Below, one piece after another: positions 53,570 through 64,000 of a stretch of DNA of 64,000 nucleotides; the stretch's first letter is position 1, and each line of letters starts with the position of its first letter. Under the pieces are notes generated by a model that did no database searches, was not told where the DNA came from, and saw only the letters and a program-made list of their open reading frames with translations. The position numbers and the translations under genes were made by a program. The stretch is from contig OZ024740.1 in assembly GCA_964016885.1 (NCBI GenBank), positions 383,904,001 to 383,968,000 on the forward strand, in the 5' to 3' direction. The DNA comes from Eledone cirrhosa (Eukaryota).

Positions 53570-55125
53570 ATTAATTGTGGCACAGGGCCAACAATTTTGT
53601 GAGAGAGGGAAATTCGATTTAAATGACTCGAGTATTTGAGTGGAACTTTATTTTATTGACCCCGGAAGGATGAAAGGCAAAATTTACGTTAGTGGGATTT
53701 GAACTCAGAATGTAAACAATCGAAAAAATAACACAAAGGCATTTGTTTGATTCTCTAATAATTGTAGCAGAAACTTAGCGAGTCTGGCATATTTTATCGA
53801 CTCTTGTAGATGACTATTGTTTATCTTATCGATTTCAAAAGTGTCATGAGTAAAATTTGATCCCGGCGATATAATGTAAGTGGAAGGCACAAAGCCAGGA
53901 CAAATATTACAATGTCGAGAAAAGTCTGACATTTTAAAGTTCCAGTCTAAATAATATTGATTTCTAACGTACGTATAAATCCACCAACTTATGGCCACGT
54001 ATGACTCTATTATAGCGACCCCAGTACATGAATAACACTTTGTTTTATGAAACCACGCAAGGAGGAAAGGCAAACTTAGTTCAACAGGAGTTGGACACAA
54101 ATGGAAAGTGCCATAACTAACTGCTGCAAAGCATATTGTCCTCTGATAATTGTTTCTAAATTTGGCACAGGGCCAGTAATTATCCCAGTGCATTACTGGT
54201 GCTTTATTTTATGGACCCTGTAAGGATGAAAGGGAAAGTTAACCTCGGTGGGATTTGAACTCAGACCGTAAAGATGCATAACTCTATGCCGCAAAGCATG
54301 GCATCGGACCCTCTACCGATACTGCCAATCCACCACCCTAATTTAGGGAGACCTAATAATGATTTCATTTATTGGCCACCAGGGCCGGGGTGAGACCTAA
54401 TAATACTGCCTATCCTCCGCCCTAATTTAGCGACACCAGGAAGTGTAATACAAAGTTGATCTTAACAGAATTTAACTCACAATTTAAAGTCCTGGATCAC
54501 ATACAGCTAATATTTTTCCCGCCGCTCTAATCACATTTGCGTCTTACAGGTGTGACCAAAAGACATTCAGCAAAATACACAACCCAAATCTAGTCATATA
54601 ATTATGCACAACAAACAGAGAATAGCAATTCCTCTTTTCAATATATAAGAAGCAACACATACTGCACAAACTCGAGACAAATTAACTTGGTCTCGCTGAT
54701 TCATGCAACACACAACAAAATATAATGATCTCCAATATAGGCACAAAACCACCGATTCGTGTAAATGGGAAATTCGATTACATAGGTATTAGTATGTAAC
54801 TGGTATTTTATTTAATCGTACCCGGAAGGAGGTAAAACAGTGTTGATCTCTGCGGGATTCGAACTCAGAACATATACTATCGTGAATAATCCCCCCAAAC
54901 TATTTTCCTGCTCTCTACCGATAACGACAATTTGTCACCCATGCAATTAAACAATAACTTCTTAAGTCCAGTATATTATGATGAGTAAAAAGTCTATTAC
55001 ACCGACAGCATCGTTCTGCTGTTACTTTATTTTATCGAAGGTATTTGAACTCAGAACGTATAGTGTTGTAATTCAACACCCAAAGCGCCTTGTCTACGGT
55101 ACTCTACATATAATGCCAATCTACC
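53570..55125 (-). mobile_element. Cluster of tRNA-derived SINE copies (about 53570-53760, 54147-54338, 54723-54940, 55005-55125) plus a short Tx1-like tail (about 54355-54390)
   Basis: Repeated GGATGAAAGG.AAA..GGGATTTGAACTCAGA; 54147-54338 is nearly complete. TAATAATGATTTCATTTATTGGCCACCAGGGC is the reverse complement of the Tx1 end. Confidence 0.75.
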
Positions 55126-56739
55126 CTTCTACGCAATAATAATAATAATAGTGGTTGATGCACTGGATCTTGTGTTGCTAGTTACTGAGTTTTGCTTCGC
55201 AGTTTATTGGGGAAATAATTACGACTTTAATTTAAATATTGCACGTTGATACACTTACAAAAAAAATGTCAAAGCGAGGCTTGTAAACATTCTATTCTAG
55301 CATATAAATATACAAATAAGCTGTTTTAGCAAAATATTATTACGAAAGCGACAGACAGATTGAAAGCACAATGAGAAAACAGAGTACGTAAACAAAGCAT
55401 AAACAGAGAGACAGAGAGGAGAAGGCGAAATTGGAGAAACACGTAATGAAAAGATGGAAATATAAGAAAATAAAATATCATGCACATGATAGGGAGAGAA
55501 AAACAAGATAGAAAGTCAAGGAGAGAAATAAGGAAAGGAATACAGAAAAGAATACGAAAGTGATTCTTTTAATTGTATCTTGATGCATCGTAATTATATA
55601 GTAAGGTTTAACGCCAAGAAAGAATACATTTATAAGAGAGTGGGAGTGAGTGTAAACAGGAAAAAAAGAAGGCGTATGACTTTGAAGTTATAAACTAACT
55701 TAAAAGAGAGAAAAGGGTCATGGTAAAGACAGCTGGAGGCAGAAAGAAAAAAGATGTGTATGTGATGCTACATAGATATTAAATATATATAAGGGGAAAA
55801 TCTAGCATTAATATGCTACGTGCAAAGGTGGAGAGAGTATGTACGTGGGGGGAAGTAGTGTATTGAAAATTAAAGTAGGGGTAGTGAAAATATTGTGAAT
55901 AGCATGCGAAGAAAATGGGGAATATAAAAGCGGAATGTTTGTGTTGGTAAGTGGGGTAGAATAATTACTTAGGAAGCGCTGTAGGAGAAAGAAAACTTCA
56001 GTAAAAAGAAGCTATAATATATAGCTATATTACAGAAATATATTAAGACGAAAACGAAAATGTTCGGTCTAAAATAAGGACACAAAGCTAGCATTTTGTG
56101 GGGAGGGAAAGTAGATTATATCGACTCCAGTACGTTTCTGGTACATTATCGACCTCGGAATGTTGAAAGACAGCATTTACCTCCAGCCGAAACAAATACC
56201 AGAGATCACTGTATACGACACTCCCACCAATTCTGCTAATCAACCATAATAAAATAATACAAAATCGAATCAAATAAAAAGGTTATTCTTCAAAGCTAAT
56301 CGTAAGACCTTTCAGGCTGTAAGTTACTTTTTTGATTTATATAAGTGTTTGTTTATAAATTGTTTTGGCGATTTAATAAATATCTTATTTTATTTGGTTG
56401 TCCAAAGATTTTGGTAGAATATTTAGCCTTTCATTTCATTTGGTGGGTATTGTTATATAAGCAAATGTAATTATGTTGATTAACAAAAATTCTCTTCGAA
56501 ATGTTCGGTAACCTTATTAATAGGTGGACATTTATGAAATTTACCGCTGCAGATAACATTATGCTTGTTGTCAGCCTATTTATCAAAGTTACGCACCAAT
56601 AAACCTAAAAAGAAATGCATTAAGCACCTTTGTGATTTTCCTACTTAATAATATTCCAATCGATTGAAATCATACTCTGACAAAACCTCTTTATACTCTT
56701 ATTAAACGAGATTTACATTTTTTAATGAAAAACAGGGTC

Positions 56740-56945
56740 GTTGATAGCAGATTACGTAGAGAGACAAACAAAAATATCTAGTATATTACGCACCTTTACG
56801 TCTGCATTCGAAAGTAGACAAGATCGAGTCCTCATTTCATACTTACGGGGTCGATAAAATAAAGAACCGTTTTAAAATTGGATGAATGCATTTGTCTATA
56901 ACCATCTACCCAAAAATATGCCACCGTGTCTGTGTCAGAAATCAA
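56740..56945 (+). mobile_element. Decayed tRNA-derived SINE
   Basis: TTTCATACTTACGGGGTCGATAAAATAAAG core. Confidence 0.6.
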
Positions 56946-57511
56946 TATTACTTCGCAGAATTACTCGAGTCTCGATAAGTTCAAATTTTAAATGCAACCA
57001 AAGTCGTTGTCACATGTCTTTCTTCGAGTGATGACATTACTACATAACTGCTGTTGTCGTTCCCATAGCATTTATGGTTTGTTCCTATGTTCTGGTAAAA
57101 ACTAAAAATGATTATTAAACGTAATATGATTATTGATGCCAGTGGTTTACCCAAACTATAGAGCCCTCTGCCACACATTTCGAAGATTGTGTTTCGTGAT
57201 TTCGTGGGCTGAGATTTCGATTCTCGATTATTTATTTGTATATATATATATATATATATATATTGGGAGGGTCATGTTGCCAATAAGAAACACACGCACC
57301 AGATGCTTTCACTTCAATTTATTATAAATGTTATAAATTTTATAAATATAAATTTTATAAATTTCCGGCTGGTTGGTTGGTTCTACAACTGAATGGGTGT
57401 TTATATATTGTCAAAGTTCTTTCGTCACACATATCGGTTTCAACACACGTTTGCATATAAATATTCTTGATAAACAAATTCAGAAACGAAATATATAAAT
57501 ATAAATATATA

Positions 57512-57586
<75 letters not shown>

Positions 57587-57589
<3 letters not shown>

Positions 57590-57897
57590 CTAAAAGTCTG
57601 CGATTGCTTGATTGCTTGCTTGTCTCTAATGTAATACAGCCGAAAGGGTGCATAATGGGAAAATACTTTGAAAGGGAGTTGCCCTTAAAATGGGAATAAA
57701 AATGGAATAAAAAAAGGTTTTGCGTAAATCGAAGCACGGGTTTCCCGAAATGAGGGGTTTTCTGAGTACATTCATAGATATTTAGAGAGAAGGATATAGA
57801 GAAATAGATAGTGGTTGTTGGAGAGTAGATTGAAAGGGATACACAGACAAAGGGAGAGGAGACAGAGAAGGAGAATGGAAGAGAGCTGGTGGTGGTG

Positions 57898-57936
<39 letters not shown>

Positions 57937-57967
57937 TGTGTGTGTGTTTGTGTGTGTGTATATGTGT

Positions 57968-58019
<52 letters not shown>

Positions 58020-58197
58020 AAATACACACATTTGTATATATACATGCAGAAATGTATATATATGGCCTTCCAGTTTCAATTCACATTATATACACGTCTG
58101 TGTTTATTTTGATTATTTAAAATAATTTTTATGTGAATATGATTTTTAAAAAAATATTTTGAAGTGAATGTGACCCAACGGGTGACGGGTGGTCTAG
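57587..58197 (+). mobile_element. Probable non-autonomous Helitron
   Basis: 3' end ACCCAACGGGTGACGGGT (imperfect hairpin), then GGT-CTAG followed by T. The 5' end (TA)n-TTACTAAAAGTCTG has no clear TC. Internal microsatellites. Confidence 0.55.
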
Positions 58198-58221
58198 TAT
58201 ATATATATATTATTATTATTA

Positions 58222-58314
58222 TAACTTTAACTTTCATCCTTACGCTGTTGTCGATACAATAAAGTACCAGTAATGCACTGGATAATTGCTGGTCTTGTGC
58301 CAAAAGTAGAAACA

Positions 58315-58316
<2 letters not shown>
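58222..58316 (+). mobile_element. 3' half of a tRNA-derived SINE
   Basis: CTTTCATCCTTACG..GTCGATACAATAAAGTACCAGT..GGTCTTGTGCCAAAAGTAGAAAC(ATT)n. Confidence 0.8.
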
Positions 58317-58353
<37 letters not shown>

Positions 58354-58355
58354 TT

Positions 58356-59917
58356 TTAGTCTCATTCATTGATGTTATTTAACTGGAAAGTTTGTTGAAA
58401 TGAATATCAAGCCGCTACCTGCAGCCTCAGATATTCAGGACGTATCGGAGGGTTCTTGCTGTTCCTAGCAAGCATGCCTTTTGAAGTATTCCAAAAAGCG
58501 GGGCTGGACTAATTTTCTTTAACCATCATTGGAAACTCTTTGAGATAGTACCTAGTGCGCCTATAACAGTCGGGACGTCTCTGATTTCATGGCAGTTCCA
58601 AATTATTTTTACCTCCCACTTTAAGTCCTGGTATCAGTTAATTTTCTCCCTCTCCTTTTATTGCACTCTCGTGTCAAACGGGCAGGCTACATCTACAATC
58701 AGGCACGATCTTTTTTCCTTGTCCAAAACCACCAGGTCAGGCCTATTTGTTCCAGTTTCTTATCCGTCTGTATTCTAATACCCCATAGCACCTTCACTTG
58801 ATCGTTTTCTATCACCGACTCTGGCTTATGCTCATTCCACTTCTCAGAATGTGGTAAATTGTTTACTTTGCATAGGTGCCAGTGGATCACCCTGCCCATC
58901 ATATCTCCAGCCTTTATAGTGAGTCTGGGCTAGATGTTTACACTGGGATACAATGTGAGCCACAGTCTCCTCTCTCTCTCCACAGATCCTACTCAGTGGG
59001 CTAGCCTCCTCCTTGTAAATATGGTTTTTCACACAGTTAGTTCAGAGGGCCTGCTCTTGCGCAGCCATTTGCATTGCTTCTGTAGACTTTTTAAGGTCTC
59101 TTCTTTTTAACCAGTTCCATGTCTGGATCTCTAAATTCAGTTTTCTCAAAGAAGGTCATATGAAGGGATTTTTCATGAAGATTGGTCTTCCTCCTTGTTG
59201 TTATTTCCTCATTGGACAGCTCCTGGTCTATTGTCCTCTCATTGAGTACAATTTTGAGCATTGGCTCCCTACTATCAGTCACGTATTTGTGCAGGTTGTT
59301 TTTCGCCATCTGGACACAGTCCTCTATGCTGATAACACCTCTTCCACCTTCAGATCTCTTTAAGTAGAGTCTATCGACATCACTCCTCTTATGGAACATG
59401 TTGTAGATAATCAATAGCTTCCTAGTCTTCCTATCCATTTCTTTTTGTTCAACAACATTCCATTTCAGAATTCCCGCACTGTACCTAATAATAGACACAG
59501 CTCGGGAATTCACTGCACTTATGACATTCCTATTATATAGATGTGACTTTAATACGCTCCTTACTCTCCTAATGTACTCAGATCTTATCAATTCCTTCAT
59601 TTTTTTTGTTCTTGATGTCATCTGCCTTCAGAACGCCTAAATATTTGTATCCTTCTTCGGTGTCAATTTCATTTATCATCTAACCTGTTGGTACATGGAT
59701 TCCGTTGCTTCTGCTCAATTTACCCCTCTTCATTACTAGGACTCCATACTTATCAATACCAAATTGCATACATATATCATTGCTTAAAATACAGAGAGTG
59801 TCAACAAGTACATTCAACTCCTTCTTACGCTTCCCAAAGAGTTTAAGATCGTCCATGAAGAGGAGGCAGTTGATGGTAAGCCTTCCTTTTCCCAACTTGT
59901 ATCCTGCTCTCACTCTC
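58356..59917 (-). mobile_element. 5'-truncated, decayed R4/Dong-clade LINE copy
   Basis: Begins mid-RT (RVRAGYKLGKG..LFMDDLKLFG) and parallels the intact copy through the 3' UTR. Stops and frameshifts; (AAT)n tail. Confidence 0.92.
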
Positions 59918-59932
59918 ATTATTATTATTATA

Positions 59933-59973
<41 letters not shown>

Positions 59974-59975
<2 letters not shown>

Positions 59976-62900
59976 CTTGAATCTCAGTCATTGATGTTGG
60001 TTAACTGGAAAGTCCGTTGGATTGAATATCAAGCCACTACCTGCAGCCTCAGATATTCAGGACGTATCGGAGGGTTCTTGCCGTTCCAAGCAAGCATGCC
60101 TTTTGAAGCGTTCCAAAAAGCGTGAAGGGGCCGATTTTCTTTAACCATCCCTGGAAACCTTTGGAGATAGTCCCCAGTGCGCCTATGACAATCGGGATCA
60201 CTTTGACTTCATGGCAGTTCCAAATCCTTTTCACCTCCCACTTTAGGTCCTGGTATCGGTTAATTTTCTCCCTCTCCTTCTCTTGCACTCTCGTGTCGAA
60301 CGGGCAGGCCACATCCACAATCAGGCACGATCTTTTTTCTTTATCCACAACCACCAGGTCAGGTCTATTGTGTTCCAGTTTTTTGTCCGTCTGTATCCTA
60401 AAATCCCACAGCACCTTCACCTGACTGTTCTCCATCACCGCCTCTGGCCTATGCTCATACCATTTCTCAGAATGTGGTAGATTGTTTACTTTGCACAGGT
60501 GCCAGTGGATCACCCTGCCCATCACATCGTGTCTCCAGCCCTTATAGTGGGTCTGGGCTAGGTGTTTACACTCGGACACAATGTGAGCCACAGTCTCCTC
60601 TCTCTCTCCACAGATCCTGCACAGTGGGCTAGCCTCCTCCTTGTAGATATGGTGCTTCAACCACTTCGTTTTGAGGGCCTGCTCCTGCGCAGCCATTAAC
60701 ATTCCTTCTGTAGCCTTTTTGAGGTCTCCTCTTCTCAACCAGTTCCATGTCTGTGGATCTCTAAATTCAGTTTTCTCAAAGAAGGTACTATGAAGGGATT
60801 TTCCCTTAAGGCTGCTCTTCCTCCTTGATGTTATTTCCTCCTTGGGTATCCCCTGGCCTACTGTCCCCTCCTTCAGTACAGCTCTGAGCATTGGCTCCTT
60901 ACTATAGGTCACGTATTTGTATAGGTTGTTTTTCTCCATCTGAACACAGTCCTCTATGCTGATAAGACCTCTTCCACCCTCAGATCTCCTTAGGTAAAGT
61001 CTATCGACATCACTCCTCTTGTGGAACATGTTGTAGATAGTCAATAGCTTCCTAGTCTTCCTATCCATTTCTTTTTGTTCAGCAACATTCCATCTCAGAA
61101 TTCCCGCACTGTACCTAATAATAGACACAGCTCGGGAATTTACTGCGCTTATGGCATTTCTGCTGTTCAGATGTGACTTCAATACGCTCCTTACTCTCCG
61201 AATGTATTCAGTTCTTAACAATTCCTTCATTTTTTTGTTCTTTATGCCATCAGCCTCCAGAACGCCCAAATACTTGTATCCTTCCTCAGAGTCAATTTCC
61301 TTTATCATCTCACCTGTTGGTATCTGGATCCCGTTACTTCTGCTCAACCTACCCCTCCTCATCACAATGACTCCACATTTACCAATACCAAACTGCATAC
61401 ATATATCACTGCTGAAAATACGGACAGTGTCAACAAGCACATCCAACTCCTTCTCACTTTTCCCGAAGAGCTTAAGATCGTCCATGAAGAGGAGGTGATT
61501 GATGGTAAGCTCTCCCCTTCCCAACTTGTATCCTGCTCTCACTTTTCGCAGCATAATGGTCAAGGGCATCAGGGCAAGGACAAACAACAGAGGGGACAGG
61601 CTATCTCCCTGGAAGATACCTCTCTTGATCTTCACGCTTCCCAAGGATACTCCAGTTGATGTCAACTCTGTCTCCCAGGACCCCATACTCCTGCCCAGCA
61701 ACTGTCTGATGTTATCTGCCACCCTGAAGATCTCCAGGCTTTTGGTGATCCAGGAATGAGGCACCATGTCAAATGCCTTTCTGTAGTCTATCCATCCCAT
61801 GGCAAGATCAGTGTGTCTCCTCCTGCAATTCCCCATTACCATCTTATCAATAAGCAACTGGTCCTTTGTACCACGTGACTTCTTTCGGCATCCTTTCTGT
61901 TCGTCCGGCAACAAGTTGTTTGTGTGGAGGTGATGGTAGATTTCCTCAGACACAATGCTCGTCAACAGTTTCCACATTACGGGCAGACATGTGATAGGTC
62001 TATAGTTGGTAACATCATTACCCTTGATTCGGTCTTTCATTATCAGAACTGTGGTACCTTTTGTCAACCACTCTGGCACCTCACCCGACACCAAGCAGTC
62101 ATTGAACATGGCCGTCAGCTTCGGGTGGAGGGATGTTAAATGTTTAATCCAATACCCCTGCACACCATCTGGGCCTGGTGATTTCCAGTTGGTTAGTTTT
62201 TTGGCTTGCCCCTTAAGAGTTTCAACTGTGATACTCAAATCAGTCTGCTGCTGTGCCTGCTCACCGATCTCCCTCTGTACTGTCTCAATCCACCCTGCCT
62301 GGGCATTGTGTCTAACATCCTGCTCCCATATTCCTCTCCAGAATGTTTTAGCTTGTTCCGCCCCAGGGATCAAGTCGGTGCCTCTTTCTTTCCCCTCAAG
62401 CTGTCCAAACAGCATCTTCTGGTTGTTGTCGAACATGCGGTTCTGTTTATACTGACTGACTCTGTTCTCGTATCGCCTGATTTTGGCACTCTTTGCTACA
62501 ATGCGTTGCTTCAATTCCTCTATGATAATATTTAGCTTTTTACTCCTAGTTTTGTATTTTATTTCCAGTCTATTTTTAGTGCCTATGTTTTTTAGTGTCC
62601 CATTCAGTAGTGACTGAAGCTTTCCTATGTCATTTCTCATTTCCCCGATTTGCCCACTCAGTCGCTTCTTCCACCACGGCTCTGCTCTTTCTTGTCTGTT
62701 GTTTCCTCTCGCTTTTATACCAAGTAGTTTCCTCACCGTATTTGCTGTTGCTTTGAGGATATTGTTGCACTGGTGAAGACTCCTCGCCTCAAGGTATGGG
62801 ATGACTTTGTTTACCTTAGCTGTTGTTTCTTTTAACTTTTTCCTGTCTACAAATCTTAGGTTCATAGGTCTCCCACTATCATTGTTCAACTCATCTACCA

Positions 62901-63500
62901 CTAAATTTAGGATGTCAACCGAATCTTGTCCTAGCCCGTCAGCATTCATCTCCTCAGTGGCCGTATCTCTGTTCCAGGTATTATTTATCTCAGTATTCAG
63001 ATCATTGTCTGCTTCGGGTGGTTCCTCCGCTCTCAGGACCTCCTCACCTTCATTTCCCGCCGGCTCGCTTGTCTGGCATACTACACCCGCCATCTCCAAA
63101 CCATTCTCTCTGCTCAGTTCCTCCAGTTCCAGCTCGCTTATCCACCCATTAGTTCTTATTACCCGAGCCTGCCCGGCCAATTTTTGTTCATCTAATTTAA
63201 ATAAACCAATCTCGTTCCAGATGTTATGCATCCGTCTCCTGTAGCCCCTCTCCTTGGGGTTACTTTTCAGGTAGCATTGCATAACAGTTCTATTCAATTC
63301 TTTCGTCCAGTTGGTTCTGGCCCCTTTCCTTCTTCTTCTTCCTCCAACATCAGCAGTATTTCGTTGACAGTCAGGTTCCTGCTGCTGAGCCAGGGGGCAC
63401 CTGTTGGGTGAGAGTCTGTCACATGACGTTCTAGTCTCCATTTCACCGTTATTCGAACTGTTTATGTTCGATATTTAAACACTCTTATCGAGGATTGGCG
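59974..63500 (-). mobile_element. R4/Dong-clade non-LTR retrotransposon, apparently coding-intact; (AAT)n tail 59918-59973; 5' end uncertain
   Basis: Single long ORF; a 75-bp 3' UTR shared with the neighbouring copy; ends in a TAA microsatellite. Confidence 0.92.
60049..63441 (-). CDS. Reverse transcriptase / CCHC / restriction-like endonuclease polyprotein (1130 aa)
   Basis: Motifs WKSPGPDG, YRPITCL, QKGC, IDYRKAFDMVPH, GIFQGDSLSP, LFMDDLK, YKYLG, CRICGEREETVAHIVSEC, RHD, RPDLVVVD..IVDVACP, KINRYQDL; no interruptions. Confidence 0.95.
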   Translation of the reverse strand: METRTSCDRLSPNRCPLAQQQEPDCQRNTADVGGRRRRKGARTNWTKELNRTVMQCYLKSNPKERGYRRRMHNIWNEIGLFKLDEQKLAGQARVIRTNGWISELELEELSRENGLEMAGVVCQTSEPAGNEGEEVLRAEEPPEADNDLNTEINNTWNRDTATEEMNADGLGQDSVDILNLVVDELNNDSGRPMNLRFVDRKKLKETTAKVNKVIPYLEARSLHQCNNILKATANTVRKLLGIKARGNNRQERAEPWWKKRLSGQIGEMRNDIGKLQSLLNGTLKNIGTKNRLEIKYKTRSKKLNIIIEELKQRIVAKSAKIRRYENRVSQYKQNRMFDNNQKMLFGQLEGKERGTDLIPGAEQAKTFWRGIWEQDVRHNAQAGWIETVQREIGEQAQQQTDLSITVETLKGQAKKLTNWKSPGPDGVQGYWIKHLTSLHPKLTAMFNDCLVSGEVPEWLTKGTTVLIMKDRIKGNDVTNYRPITCLPVMWKLLTSIVSEEIYHHLHTNNLLPDEQKGCRKKSRGTKDQLLIDKMVMGNCRRRHTDLAMGWIDYRKAFDMVPHSWITKSLEIFRVADNIRQLLGRSMGSWETELTSTGVSLGSVKIKRGIFQGDSLSPLLFVLALMPLTIMLRKVRAGYKLGRGELTINHLLFMDDLKLFGKSEKELDVLVDTVRIFSSDICMQFGIGKCGVIVMRRGRLSRSNGIQIPTGEMIKEIDSEEGYKYLGVLEADGIKNKKMKELLRTEYIRRVRSVLKSHLNSRNAISAVNSRAVSIIRYSAGILRWNVAEQKEMDRKTRKLLTIYNMFHKRSDVDRLYLRRSEGGRGLISIEDCVQMEKNNLYKYVTYSKEPMLRAVLKEGTVGQGIPKEEITSRRKSSLKGKSLHSTFFEKTEFRDPQTWNWLRRGDLKKATEGMLMAAQEQALKTKWLKHHIYKEEASPLCRICGEREETVAHIVSECKHLAQTHYKGWRHDVMGRVIHWHLCKVNNLPHSEKWYEHRPEAVMENSQVKVLWDFRIQTDKKLEHNRPDLVVVDKEKRSCLIVDVACPFDTRVQEKEREKINRYQDLKWEVKRIWNCHEVKVIPIVIGALGTISKGFQGWLKKIGPFTLFGTLQKACLLGTARTLRYVLNI

Positions 63501-64000
63501 AATGTATGTTTACATAGCCATCTGTGGATCCGCCATCCCACTTGGCTCTTGTGTGGCATTATCACCACGCTGTATACGGACACACATAAACAAACAAACA
63601 CACGGGCAGAAAGGGCCCCAAAAATGAATAAGCATAAGTTTCATTGTAATGTAGTATTCGAATGTCTGACTTAGTTTTTGTTTTTTAAGTTTTACTTTTT
63701 CCCCCCTCTTCTCTGTCCGTCCGCCTGCTTCTCTCTTCATTCTTATTTTCTTTACGTTTTTGGGGTTTCTTTTTTTGTTTTTGTTTTTCTCTGTTTTTCT
63801 CGTTTTTTACTGTTGTTGCTGTGCTGCTTTTGTTGTTTGTTTTTTCTTTTTTCTTTTGAGTCTATCTATATATTTTGATGCCTTCCTCTTTGTTAGTAGT
63901 AGGAATTCTATAATGTGGAAGTGGTAGCCAGCAGAGACTAGCGGCGTTGGCGATACTGAGACAGTGGTGGCGGTGATGTCGATACCGAGTCAGTGGTGGC

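Noticed and set aside
60122-63411. Plus-strand ORFs overlapping the R4/Dong ORF (and similar ones over the other LINEs)
   Set aside because: Antisense shadows of coding sequence with no independent motifs.

Overview
This is AT-rich eukaryotic (animal) genomic DNA with no host gene I can support; the repeat landscape suggests a cephalopod/mollusc, which is inference only. The window is an almost continuous mosaic of retroelements sitting in (TA)n, (CA)n and (ATT)n microsatellites. LINEs: one apparently intact R4/Dong-clade element (1130-aa ORF, 60049-63441, minus) with three decayed relatives, plus decayed Tx1/L1, CRE and RTE elements. Also present are several Penelope-like element (PLE) fragments (RT and/or GIY-YIG), a dozen or more tRNA-derived SINE copies, RTE-derived non-autonomous elements and a probable non-autonomous Helitron. 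Most ORFs in the track are microsatellite read-through or antisense shadows. The most notable structure is at RNA/DNA level. (1) A ~17 kb collinear inverted duplication (about 15676-32640) folds around a 5'-truncated PLE. (2) At least six short palindromes are built from hammerhead-ribozyme-bearing PLE terminal repeats, including a nearly perfect 342-bp one. (3) One hammerhead family carries a fixed CCGAAGA core variant. (4) An ACTC..GAGT hairpin recurs downstream of hammerheads from unrelated families. (5) The SINE and Tx1 LINE share a 3' tail. (6) The RTE-derived elements have an HDV-like ribozyme scaffold at their 5' end. All folds and alignments were done by eye.
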